DNA of 64,000 nucleotides from Moniliella sp. 'wahieum'. Lineage: Eukaryota. A program made the position numbers and the translations under genes. Shown here piece by piece: positions 1-12,193 of this stretch. The first letter of the stretch is position 1. Each line of letters begins with the position of its first letter. The DNA lies in contig RSEE01000084.1 in assembly GCA_003971905.1 (NCBI GenBank), positions 124,001 to 188,000 on the forward strand, given 5' to 3'. The notes below the pieces were generated by a model. The model was not told the DNA's origin and made no database searches. It saw nothing but the letters and a program-made list of their open reading frames with translations.

Positions 1-1667
1 CTTTGTGATCCCTATGCTCCGAGACCCCCTGGGACTGGTTGATAGACCCCCGCGGGACTCCTCGTCATCACGATCGTTGTCTAGCTGGCCCGAAGACCCG
101 GCGGGGAAGATGTGTAGAAGCTGGAAGCTGGGCCGATATATAATTTTGGCCCATTCCCGTTGTTGTAGGCACTGGAGGTGGCTCTCCCGTTAGCGGACCG
201 AAAGCATCAATCCGTCGCGGGTCGAGAATATCCGTTGCATTTAGAGAAGGGTTCATACTGGCGTTTGCGACTGCCTGGCGGTGCTCCGAGCACTCTGGGC
301 AGTTAGTGATTAAACATTCAGACGCCGATCCGTGTGGGAGCAATCGCTCGGTTGAAATGGTAGATGGATCCTCAGGCACGCGATGAATCGCCCTGCTTCC
401 TACGGAACGATTGGCCCTATCAGGACGAGTGTGCTGTGCTCCTCCCAGAGCCAACCCTTCCAAGACTGTCGCCGCATTATCCACGTCGGTAGCTTGACTG
501 TTTGGGGCCAAACGTGGAGCGTGGGGCTTGCGAGGACGCCCACGCGAAGCCATCTGGTAGTTGTTCAAGCCGTACGGGACAGAAGGTAAGTGAGGGATGG
601 GATCCTTTCTTCGGCTTGCGCCTCTGACCGTCTGCACTTCATTCAACTCAACGGTTAAGGAGGCAACGTGTTTCTCCAACTGAGAGATGCGCGCATGGGC
701 CCAAGCCAACTCGTCCAGGCGCTCAGACAAGGGCACCTGTCCGGATGGTTGTGGGGGAGGAGGATATGCTTGTACCGTAGGGATCATAGACGAGCTTGAA
801 GGAAAGTCGTGGTGCACCGAAGAGCGTTCTTGTGTTGCTATTGGCGAGGCCCACTGTTGGCTGTGATCTGCAAATGAAGAATGGGTACGGGAGAAAACAG
901 TCGCGATGACGAGCTGTTGTCCCAGGAAAATGGGCGCTCTCGGTGGGTTCCACGAATCCACTGAATCAACTTGAGTTGAATGGGTCGTGATGACTCGAAC
1001 CAGCGGTCTTGACCGCCGGAACTAACGGATGGTGGGGGTGCCTGATGCAGGTAATCAAATTGGTCAAGCGGTTGTGATAGGGGAGGTACGAATGATGAGA
1101 CCCATGCTCCTGAGAGGGGGATGCGTGGGTCCAAACCCTGTTTTGCTCGTACCCATGCTGCCAGGGGTCTTGAAGAGGGCCCCAGGGCGAACATCGGCAG
1201 GATACTCCCGGCACTCGTCCACCTCAAAGAGCGGGAAGACAATGTGATTCTTAAAAGGAACAATGCGGCAGGTGTCCGCGTCGCCGCGCTTGCTGCACTG
1301 GTCACAGGGTACGGATCGGGAACATTTGATCTTGCGCTCCCTGGAGCAGTGGAAACCAAAGGTACCACAGAGACCATGTAAGGAATTAGTAAAAAGTGGC
1401 GAAAGAATCATCGAACTGCAAGACATACTGACAATGGGTACAACTGAGCGTCAACCGATTTCGTTTCTTCCGGCGTGGCTGCAGGGAGTCGGGACCATTC
1501 TGATCAGTGCCGGCTACAGCTTCATGCGGCGCCCGTGATGGAGCAAGCAAGGCTGGGTCGGTAGACGCGTTAGATGCACCGGGCAATAACCCATCATAGC
1601 CTGGAGCTTCGTCAGGAAGTGGATGGAAGGTCTGGTCGAGGGAGTGGGCGGAGCGGTGGGCGTTCAT
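1..1667 (-). CDS. Zn(II)2Cys6 fungal transcription factor, 5' part; continues beyond the left edge
   Basis: Exon 1 ends RRKKRNRLTLSCTHC. An 88-nt intron at 1341-1428 (GTATGT...TACTAAT...CAG) joins it to (Q)ERKIKCSRSVPCDQCSKRGDADTC, giving a complete C-x2-C-x6-C-x5-C-x2-C-x8-C binuclear cluster. Downstream ORF 68-961 has a coiled-coil-like segment (LDELAWAHARISQLEKHVASL). Confidence 0.85.
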
Positions 1668-3011
1668 GGTGGCGAAGATGGGTGTTCAGGGGTGTAGAGG
1701 GGCTTAGAGGGACGTAGAGGCGTGGCGTAGAGGGGCGTAGAGGGGAATAATAGAGGGTGTAGGGGGTGTAGGGGGTGGCGATGGAAGGACGAGATCAAGA
1801 GCAAAAAGTCCAAGGCCTCAGGCGAAGGAGGCGATTCTTCCACAGAAGGGAGGGCGTCGAGGGGGTTGCTCTGTCGCAAGCAAGAGCCAAACTCAATTCC
1901 AACACAAAAAGCGCCTGGAGAAACCTAGTTGATGCTTCAAGGAAGTTTCAATGAGCGTCACGAAAGAGCGTGGCTTAAAGGTGGAAGCTGGAGCTGGCCC
2001 GTGAGACTGAGCTGAGAGAGCTGATGCTGATGAGAACGACTGCTGCGGCGTTTACGCGTTAGGCACAGCCCCCCAAAGGCTGTTCAAGCTTTACGCTTCA
2101 AGCGCTTGTCATAATCGTGTCATCGACGCGTGTAGCTTGTGAGACGCTGGCTCAATGCGCTCAATATCCAAGATCCCAGGCTTTCAGCAGCCAGCCTCAG
2201 CGCCTCAGCAGGCCGCAGCCTGAAAGGGTCATACAGAGCAGCTTGAAGCTTGAGGTAATGTATACACTCAGTAACTGAGTAGTTTGCTTGAACAGTACTG
2301 GCGGTCGTCACAGTGATTCACTACTACTGTCACCGTGACTACTCGGTCGCTGTCTGTGTACTGTGGCCGTCGGGGGTGACGCGGACGCGTGACGCTTGTG
2401 ATAAATAGTAGAGCGACAAGTGTGTTTACAGGTGTGTTTACCACTTAATGGTGACATGGGTGACTTGTGACAGTAGTAGTGGCTGGCTACACTCGTATAT
2501 ATGGCAGGAAAGCTTGAGAAGCTTGAAGATCAAAGGTTTCCGGTTTCCGGTTAGTATTTAATGATCGATTAGTAACTAGTGGCTATCCTCCCCACTGTTA
2601 CATGTTAACGGACAACCCCGGTCTATACTCTCCCCGGTGATCGAGGTGATCGCGACTACTCGTCCTCACCCATCGATCGTCCTGCAGGTGCATTTTGCCC
2701 TCATCGATCATCGATCTCATCGGGCTTCAGATCCTTCAGAGCCCGATTCTTTCACAGAGTGAGACTGTGTTCAGTGACTAGTGACTAGTGAAGCTTGAAG
2801 GTAGTGACCGTTGAACGTTTTGACTAGTGACTAGTGACTATTTATACTTAGATCTTATAAGCAGAACAATAGCCATCTACGAGTTACTCTCGTAGTTCTA
2901 ATAGTTACCGGTTATCCGGTAAGCTTGAAGCCCTCTAATAGACGAGAAAACCAGCGGGCCTACAGCCCGGTCACCCAGCTTAGTGCTGGGCCCAGCTGGG
3001 TGCTGCGTCGC

Positions 3012-3093
3012 CAGCCACACCGTTCCACCATCGCCACCTTAGCCACCGTTCCCCCTTCGCCACCTCAGCGCTTTTAGCCACGGTTCCCCCTTC
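3012..3093. repeat. Three imperfect ~26-bp direct repeats (AGCCACCGTTCCCCCTTCGCCACCT-like)
   Basis: Read directly: agccacaccgttccaccatcgccacct / tagccaccgttcccccttcgccacct / agccacggttcccccttct. Confidence 0.6.
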
Positions 3094-5210
3094 TATAGAG
3101 ATACAGCGTGTTTAAAGTGACTAGGTGCATGATTGATGATTAAATTTTAAAGTGATTATCGATTATCACTAGTAATTATAGTAACTAGTAACTAGTAACT
3201 GGTAATTGATCATCTCGATCGATCATCGAAGTATCCAACGCGTTCAACACGTTCAACGTTCAACGTTCATGAACGCGCCAGACCAGAGGGCCAAGCCCCC
3301 CCCAACTCCGTCCATGAGATCTGAGATTGCATGATAATCGATCTAATCGAAAATCGAAAATCGATAAGGCCTAAGGCCTGAGATTCTGAGACCTTAGCGG
3401 CTTATAGCGCTTAGCCTCACAAAAGCGTGAAGCTAACTTGAAGCCTATATCATGATGCAGGAGTGCCATGGTCGAAGGCGGGAAGGCGTGCCGGGCTGAA
3501 CCTACGTGCCCTCTTCGCCTTCCTCGCACCTCGTCAAATCCTGCTCCCACAGGCGCACAATTAAAAGCTAAATAGAGGAATATGGCCCGGCTACGCCGGG
3601 AGTATACAGGCGCGATGCTCTCTATCCGACATCCTAACAGAACTCTCGCTCCCAACCCCTCGCAGTCACGGCCGTAGAGCGGTCGTGCCATGTCGGTATC
3701 CAAAGCGACCATAGACCCTGCCGTAATTTGGCTGCTCTCGCTCCCATTTCCAATTTGTTCGTCCGCAGCGTCTCGCTCTTTCCCTGTTCTTCCGCTCCGC
3801 ATCATATCTTCTGCTCTTGCTTTTCTTCCCCACGAACAATTGCCACATTCCTCTCGACTCTGGTCTGCCTTCAACTTCACCGCTCGTCGGTCACCGATCA
3901 CCGGTTTCGCCTTAGAGCCTTTTAGCCCCGACTGTGACAGAACCCACGTAGGGGATCCTTATAGGGTTGGCGACCACAGTCGCCCCTTTTGCCTGTTGAT
4001 ATTCTCTGTCTCCTACTTCCATCACACCGTTTAGGACAGTAGCGTAGGCGATCGATTGCGGGCGAGAGATAGGCGTTGGTGGTAGGAAGCAGGACAAGGG
4101 TTACATATGTTATAGGAGAAGGCTACTAGTCGTTGGTTTACGCTGGCGGTATATTTGCGCGCATCAGCAGTCCACGGAGCCCGCGGAGCCTCGGGGCTGA
4201 TGAGGTCGGAAGTGCACCGCGATCGGTGAAGCCAGCCACCGAGGACCTCTCCAGTGTGGACTGTTTCCTTTCCATAAGTCCCTTGTCTCTCTCCACACGT
4301 TCTTTTTCTTTCCCCGTTCTCTATCTACTGCGTTGTTTTCTCTTATTAGTATTAGTCCCTGGCTACACATATGGAATGGACTGTGGCTCTCCCCGACGAT
4401 GAAGAGATCCGTTATTGGTGTCTCTCCATCTTCTTTGTCACTTCGATCAATCCAAGCAACTCCTCTGGTTTTCCCCTCTGCTCTCCCCCTTCATCTTGCC
4501 TTCCATTGTTATATCCTTCTCTCAGCTCCAGCTTATCACAACTGCTCAGTGTTTAGAGCGCCTCAGTTCCCAGTCTTTGGGATTTTCAGTCTCAGCTTCA
4601 GTAGCCTTGGCTTCAGTCTTCTGGTTTCTGTTGCCACGTCGTCACCCCAACACAGGTGGCTGGCATGATTAGTATAGTTGGGAAAGCAACTGACCTTACT
4701 TAGAGGCGCCGCGCGCAGACCCAAGGCTACGTATCCACCCATTGTCTCAATGCGTGTACTGCCCTTTTCGCCACTACCTCTCCACCCCCTTCCCTTCCCT
4801 CTCGCTCACTTCGTGACTTCATTACCACTCGTCGCTAACTGCTCTGTGCTTTAGAGACTAAGTGTCTCCCAGGTCAGAACGTTTACGCGTCGCTAAAGAT
4901 CCCGTTCCAATCCCTGAGTCAAAAATTGACAATCACAACAGCATAGAGAAGAGAGAATCTCAACATGTATAAATTGGAAAACGGCTGTAGCATCGACCCG
5001 TCTTTCACCTGCCCTCGCTCTCTGACAATAACAAGGGGCGAAGAGGAAGGTGAACGGATCAAGTATATACCGGAGCATATACTGATTGACGCAGGAAAGA
5101 GCGTACCATTCATCGCAAACCCGCTGTGGGAATCAGCAGCTCGTATAACCCCCCCACGGCTACACTGGCAGATGACATGTGCCACCTTAGACGAAATCGG
5201 TCTGATGAGC

Positions 5211-7287
5211 TCACAAAGCCCCCAAAGCGTGGGCCAGCTGCTTGAACCGGAAGGAGCCCAAGCCTGCCGAAGCGTCGTACCCCGGAAGGGCCCTGGTCCC
5301 AACATACATCACCCCCCAATCGTGGGGGGTCGGGTTGGGGATGCAACCAAAGGAACCGCCGTGCTGAATGTCATGGAATACTTTAGTGCGTATTTTATGC
5401 GAGTAGAGCATAGGGTGCACCCAGCCAAGACGCGACTTGCCCTTGCGTACCAGCGCATCGTTTACCAGCGACAAGATGGCAGCCGTGGTGGGCGTCGAGG
5501 CAGACGTGCCTCCGATCCCGTTCACCATCCCGCCCACAACGATATCGGCCCACCAGCCGTTCATGGTCAGATCGGGGTAGACACGGCCAGTCTGGTTGTA
5601 CATGTAGGAAGGTTCGGCGGGGGAGAGGAAGCGATGCGAGGCTGCAGTTGGCGCACAAGTTGTTCCTGATACTTTGCTTGCGTCAGGGGGAAGATGTTGG
5701 AACGGCCGGCCCCCGAGTAAAAGCCCAACATCTGGCCTCCAGGAAGATGGCTGACATTGGTCATGACTTCACCTTCGGCAATCCCGTTAAACCCACGGTT
5801 GGCCCCACAGCCAGAACGTAGGGGCATGTAACAGGGTAAAGCGGCACAAATGGATGGGCCCCCATCGGCCGCACACCACTCCCTCGCCGCGTACCCAAAG
5901 CCGCCGTGCCATGATCCCGCTTGACGCGGCGATCGTCGTTCCCAAAGCCGACAATTTCTTAGCCGCATTGCACATGGTCTGAGCACCCGAAGCGGTCATG
6001 CCGTGTTCGTTCGACGTGTAGGAAATGGACACCACGCCAGGCCGCTGCGTCTGGCCGCCCTCGTAGAGCAGCCAGTCAAAGGCCTGGAGGAAAATGTCTT
6101 GCGGATTGTTGGCCGGGCCGACGTTGACGTAGTTGGTCCGAAGGGGCCAGGACTGGCCGACGACTACAATGAGAGAAAACGGGGCGAGAAAAAAAGAAGG
6201 GAAAAGAGCCAAGTCAGGATGTGTACGAATGGGAACACAAGAACAAGTAATACCAACGTACCCAGCTGAATGTCCGTCTGCGCTTCGCTCGTGGGTTTCG
6301 ACATATTGGTGGAAGCACCGTAGATGTCCTGAATGGGAATCTGGTAACCGGCCGCCTCGGGACGGAACAATTTAAGATACGTCGTCAGGTCCTGTTGGTT
6401 GGCATTATGGCCAAGGTAACCAAAGATGGTGACATCAGGTGAACCGTCATAGACGTCGGGCGTGAGGTTCTCCGTGTAATCGTACGTGCCATAGTAGTGA
6501 CGCAGGCAGTCAGCCGGAATTAATTGCTCGGAACATCCAGTCAGTTCAAGGGTGAGGTTCTGTTTGGATCCGAAGTTCCCGCTGTTGCCAGTCGCGTTGA
6601 CACTTGCGCTGGGCCCGGATGAGGCTTCGGTGGTGCCTTGCGAGGACCAACACCGTTGGCACTAGTGATGCGTTTGCTGTGCTTACTGGGCCTAGTGGGG
6701 GCGGCCAGGTCGGCACGTTTGTTGGTCTGGAGGTGCTCGGGAGCGCGAACGATCGAGCGGCGCGTGATGGGGAAGTCGGCCAGGTGGGAAACATGGGCCA
6801 CGGCCTCATCGAGGTGGTCGGGGATGTGGACAGCATGGGACTTGAGTGTGTGAGTAGTGCCACGGAACTTGTACAGGTGCAGTTTGGTGCCGGGGAACAT
6901 GTCCTTGACCGTCTTGGCCGTCGTCTTGACTTTGACTTGATCCTGGTGGGGCGACCAAACCAATGAATTGCCCGAGACACCATGTGCATCGAGGTGCTTC
7001 TGCACGGCCTCGATGTGGTGCGGCTTGGGGCGCACGTACTTGCCCAACTCTTCGTCGGTCAGCCAGGGCAGGTTACGGTTGAGAGAGATTTCGTGCATCT
7101 TTTTGTCCAGGCCAGCATCGTCGCCCGAGGGAAGGTAGATGGTGAACTCCATATTGTGCTGATTGTGGGTTTCAGTGGTAGGGGAGATGTACTTGTACGC
7201 GCCTGGGTGGACCTTAGCGCCACCGAGCACACGGGCGCCCAGGACGGCCGAGGAGGCAGCCAGGAGGAGAACACATCGTGTAAGCAT
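5211..7287 (-). CDS. Secreted S53 (sedolisin / tripeptidyl-peptidase-like) serine peptidase with pro-domain
   Basis: Signal peptide MLTRCVLLLAASSAVLGA and a pro-kumamolisin-like region (WLTDEELGKYVRP). Catalytic-type motifs: EAQTDIQL (E-x3-D), VVSISY, AASSG(D)HG (split by a 1-bp indel), GRVYPDL, GGTSASTP and the C-terminal GYDASAGLGS. Probable intron at about 6150-6261; several frameshifts. Confidence 0.9.
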
Positions 7288-7344
7288 TCTGGTGGGGGGT
7301 GGGGGAGAGAAGATAGGCAAAGACCGTGGGGGGCAAAGAACGTG

Positions 7345-7455
7345 AGGGAAGAGGGAAGAGGGAAGAGGGAAGAGGAAAGAGGAAAGAGGGAAGAGGGAAG
7401 AGGGAAGAGGGAAGAGGGAAGGGGGGTGGGGGAGGGAGGGAGGGAGGGAGGGAGG
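7345..7455. repeat. Polypurine microsatellite (GGGAAGA)n followed by (GGGA)n, upstream of the S53 peptidase
   Basis: Visible 7-mer tandem array of about 10 copies; it forms a pyrimidine tract on the peptidase sense strand. Confidence 0.85.
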
Positions 7456-9663
7456 ATGGAGGCGGTGGAAAACGAGATGCGCGGATGGTTGGCGCCCTTC
7501 TTAAATGAGTGCATGTTACATAGAGAGGCACAGTAGTGTGCAATGAAATGGCTTTTGGCTTGGCCAAGTGCTGGGAGTGGTGAGGCCTCAGAGGAAGCAG
7601 AGAGGAACACACCAGCTGCCCCGCATACTGCTTGCCCGTCTGTCTGGCTTGGCAAGCTGTAACATGTAACAAGTCGTAGCTCCGTCCCGAGTACTGAGAC
7701 TGTGAGTAATTCTCAGGCCGCAGTACGCTAGTGGTTCATGATGCATGACATGTGACACGCACCCACAATGCGGGGTTAGCGCAGTGCGCCTGTGTGCAGG
7801 TGGAACATGGACGATGGATGATGCATGACATGTGACACAGGCGGCATGCCACCCCACGCTGGCGCTGACAGGTGACCGGTGACCGGTGACAGGTGACTGA
7901 CGACACTGCCCAGGTGCACACGGCAGGGGGGGCAGGTACATGCAGTGACCAGGAACTAGAGACATGCCACTGGGCCTGCTACAGACGTCCCGAGTCTTCG
8001 CTCGGTCCTCTACACACGGTACTCAGTCTGAGTCCAGCTACTCCCTATCGCTCGTCGCTCCAACAGCGCATCAACCCAAGGTAATGAGATGAGTCTCACA
8101 CAATGTACGTGCCCACACATGCACTCTCTCCTGGGAGCCATGGTTGGCATGCGTCTCACTTCTTCTCCGCTCTTCGCCTTCAACATGCAACCCAACCACC
8201 CCGCACCGTAGTCGTCCAAAACAATCTTGGCAGCCGATAAGATCAGGGTCCTTCCGCTTCCACCGGATTCCCCGCTGCGGGTATCGTGCCAGCATGCCTA
8301 CACCCCCTGCTCCCTCCTTTCTCTCCTGTGCACTCACTGTGTGTGTGTGCCTATCCTTCGACCTCCTATATGATATGCCGATACCCCCAGACCTAACTAC
8401 TCTGGTTAAAATTCATCATTTCCGCCGGCTCGTTATAGGTCAACACATATACTCTGGCTGAGCCAACTGGAGTTGTTCTATAGTACACGTCTCCTTTTGC
8501 CTCTTTTTCGCATATATCACACACATATGCATCCCACATATATATACTCAGTACTCAGTACTCATCCAACAAAGTGTTTATAGCATCGAAACGCTGCAAT
8601 ATGTGGACAGTCCTCTCTCTAACTACTAGTATCCTTGTGCTTCAAAAGCCAAGCCCCGACCATTCATTATCGTATCCTGCGAATATAAGCCACATGCCAG
8701 AGGAACCCTCACATGTCACAGCTCCTCAAGCTTCAATCAGTGGTTCTGGCCTTCCTACACTACTAGTATACTGAGCGACGGTATTAAGGATGAAGAGAAG
8801 GAGCATCTGCGCTTGAAGAGCCCAGAAAAAAACAGGTATGAACTATAAAGGAGCGGAAAAAAATGAGCTGACTCACAAGTGACTGTGGGAGCCTGTGCGG
8901 TTCTACGACGGATATCAACATGAGTTTCGCCCATTCACCGTGGGTTCCACGTCAGTCCTGACACCTTTTAGGCAGAAGAAACAACCGCATAGATAGAACT
9001 GTTATAGTAGTACGCATACAACGATCCGATCAGCACTTACTTTCGGCGGCCTGGGGCCCCCATTGATCTCTCAGGTCCCAAACGCGATAAGAAGTGACAC
9101 CGGGTCCTATTATCGGATGTGTCTAGCAAATGTGACAGCCCATTTTTTAGAAGCCCCTAGCTCCCTAACGAGGTTTCGACTGATCTACCTGGAACTTTGA
9201 GTACGTGGAATCGATATCATGCATCATGTGGTATTTCGACCAGAGAAAGGGAAAGTAGTGTTCGGATTGATATAGGCACTGCAGCGTTCCTTTGTTCAGG
9301 TATCAATCCTTAAGCTCTGGAAAGGGTATTATGAATACTACGGCGGAAACTGAGTAATACTATAAATGGAGAGTCGCCTGAGTTATGAGTATATCCTCAG
9401 GCCTGAGCCTCACGGGTCTCTCAATGCCACAGGCTGCTTAGAAATAGCATCTTCAACGCCTTTTACTCTACCAGCTTAGCGCTGCCTGAGCGGGATTCTT
9501 GCTGTTGTAACTATGCTCTTCGTATAGGCGCTATGCTCACCTCCGTGGGTGGCGTCATGATGAAGCACCATTGTCGACCAAGTCTTATTCAGATCCAACG
9601 GCAGTGACGAGGTGCAGGAGCAAGCGGCTTAGAGTTGGCCCCGGGGAAAGTCAGGATGGAGGA

Positions 9664-11103
9664 CACAGGCGGGCCATAAAAATTGAATTATGTGGATAAA
9701 TGTGGGGTTGGAACATCTCGGACGTTGATCCGCGGTGATCGAGTTGATCAGCTGGGTCAGCGGAGCGGCGCGGGAGGCGACGTGCCAGAGACCCTCGGAC
9801 GCTTGTCGCGATAGAGGTGTTGCGCTGAAACTACGTCTCATCTTCCGGCCTTTCACGGGATAATCGCCGGTACCCTTCGGCTCCGCCCCGCGATGAGTGG
9901 AGTGGGACGCAGGACAGCCATCTTCATCTGGCTCCATTTTCCGGCAAGTAGACGCCTACGTGCACACGCACATTATGCGGATGATCAGCAAAGCGTCGCC
10001 CACGGCCCAATCTCCACACGTCTCTTCGATGAGAGCCGCAGTTCGGGCTGACGGGTCGGGGTTGCACACCTCCCTTTGTCCTGGCTACTGACGACTGACG
10101 ACTGACGACTGATACCGAACCTATATCCATTATCCTCATCGACACTACGCAATGCATGTCCATTGGCTACTCGCTTCAATCACTCGGTTACTAGTCATTA
10201 GTCACTGTCCGAGTCGTCGCTGTTGACCGTTGTCCCTCTCTCCTCCGACCATGACCACGGCAGGTGTTTTTTCTTCTTGACCCGCTTGTCCCACAGGTGC
10301 ATGGCATCGTTCGTTGCAAGCCTCTGGGCCATGTCTTTGCTCCACGCCTTGGCGCTCAGTTCGGGGGACTTCCAGCTGATCCTCAAGTCCATGTGCGACC
10401 GGTGGTGTGGTGGGCTTCGCATAGCGTATGCCCCTTCAATATTCAATACCACAGCCACTTTTTCATTCTTGGCCTTAGCGTGAGATGCCCCTGGGCTGAA
10501 GTATACTATCTCGTTTCGTTCTCCCCGTGACTGGGTTCTTCTCGTAGTTGTGCACCAGTATTTTCTGGCCGTCTTGCTCTATCATCCACTTGTTGGTGCA
10601 GGCGTGCTGAAGAGGCGCCTCACTGTCAACATCCTGTGGTCAATGTCCCCCCAGTGTCAGTACTTGACGAGCAATTGTACCGCAGGTCGGATTCAGTACT
10701 CATCCGTACTCGCCGTGAGTAGGGCAAACTCTTCAGGCGCATCATCATCATCGATCTCGCGAGCAAAATGCGACAGCCTGAGCGATGCGTATAGCCCGAG
10801 CGATGCGTGCTGCCCGTGACGATGTACGGCCCATGCTCGACCCAGGCAGCCTTCTCGTCCCGCGGGTCTTGCCCAGTCGGGAGGACCTTGCCAATAACAA
10901 AGTCAGCGGAAAGGCACTGTACTCGGCCGACTTCTGGTCGATAGTCAAGTTCATCCCCACACCGATCATCTCGCTTGTGGCGATAACAGTCGCCTTGTCC
11001 ACCAGGTACTGTGCCCGTACCTTGACACAGTCCGTCAGCTGGAAACGGCCCAGATCCTCGACCGTGAGCTCATTGTACCACACCCATCTTTGGTCCTTGG
11101 CTA
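9664..11103 (-). mobile_element. Degenerate 3' portion of a CACTA/CMC-like DNA transposon, in inverted orientation relative to the copy at 11943-17051
   Basis: The reverse complement aligns along its length with about 15755-17051 (GRFQLTDCVKVRAQYLVDK vs GRFQLADRVKVRAQYLVGK; MRSPPHHRSHMDLRISWKSP vs MRSPPHHKPHMDLRISWKSP) and shares the intron and 3' sequence. It ends in a TIR-like CACAGGCGGGCCATAAAAATTGAA at 9664. Confidence 0.8.
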
Positions 11104-12026
11104 CTCAACCTGCGGCAGGGACAGCGCGGGGCACGTCAAAAAGATCTTTCTATTATATTCCGCTGGTCTGCCTCGAATGGGTTCAGCTCGATGGCCTTGG
11201 CCCTTTTTGTCTTCGGTAAAGCAAATTCCTTCCGGAACGACGAGCGAGTGGGGAGACAGGCGGCTTCTCACCCTTATTCTCGAATATGTCCATGTCGGCG
11301 ACACAAGAGGAGCAGAAAAGAAGAGTCATTGGACGCTGGGGTCCCTGTTGCCCGTCGCGGCACGTTCTTGGTCGTATGCAGCATTCATGTTAACCTGGAT
11401 AGCGTGATCCACCTGCCTCTCGAGGTGTGTTGGATCTGCTATTTGCTTTGCTTCACACCTCCTGAGAGTACACACAAAATCTGTTCGGCATGGTTGCGGT
11501 TTTGGAAATCGGCCCCGCAACATATACGGCACCACAGAAGGGGGCTATTGGACTGTGAGGGCACCGTCGGCACCGAGGTGTGGTTTCCAGCTGGGTTGTC
11601 CGCTACCTCTATAACTGCGTGAACAAGGGGGATGAGAACAATCGGCCGATCCGATATCCCGTCGACCCTCTTGAAACCTGTCTTGCCCCAGATCCTGAGC
11701 AGAAATGCCGGTCCGCGGCGAGATGTATGCGACGGATTAACAGAGATGTACTGGACCTGGCGCAGAAGGGCCTCAAACGCGCACACTTCCTCAATGCCCA
11801 GCTTGACACTCACTTTGTGTCAACGCGTGTCGACTAGCACCGTCGGTCACCAGCAGCTCAATGAGTATAATAGTGACCATGAGATGTATGAGATGGGGTG
11901 ACATGGTGATAGTATGATAAATTGAGTGGGGCCTAGCGCCTACACGGGCGCTGGTGAAAAATTAATATTTGCTTAGATGACCACATCACCCAAAAATGAG
12001 TAAATTTTTACGAATATTACCTTGGC

Positions 12027-12193
12027 ACTTTGGCCACATGAGGTTAAGCGCTTTGGCCCAAGAGATCAAGCGCTTTGGCCACATGAGATCAAGCGCTTTG
12101 ACCACATGAGATCAAGCGCTTTGGCCACATGCGTTCAATGGCTTTGGCCACATGCGCTCAAGCGCTTAGCCCAAATGCGCCCAAACGCTTAGC
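12027..12193. repeat. Subterminal minisatellite, about 7 copies of a 23-bp unit (GCTTTGGCCACATGAGATCAAGC)
   Basis: Tandem copies read directly, about 85 bp inside the left TIR. The units abut with no unique spacers. Confidence 0.9.

Noticed and set aside
4108..4654. Possible solo LTR (TGTT...AACA)
   Set aside because: No target-site duplication, no extended terminal inverted repeat and no second copy in the window.
8850..9600. Minus-strand splice-like signals suggesting a decayed gene
   Set aside because: I could not assemble a recognisable reading frame.
11580..11837. ORF with YLYNCVNKGD, reminiscent of the Helitron Rep motif
   Set aside because: Single weak motif with no other Rep or helicase motifs nearby.
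12027..12193. 23-bp repeat array as a CRISPR array
   Set aside because: The units are contiguous with no unique spacers, there are no cas genes, and the context is eukaryotic. It is better explained as transposon subterminal repeats.
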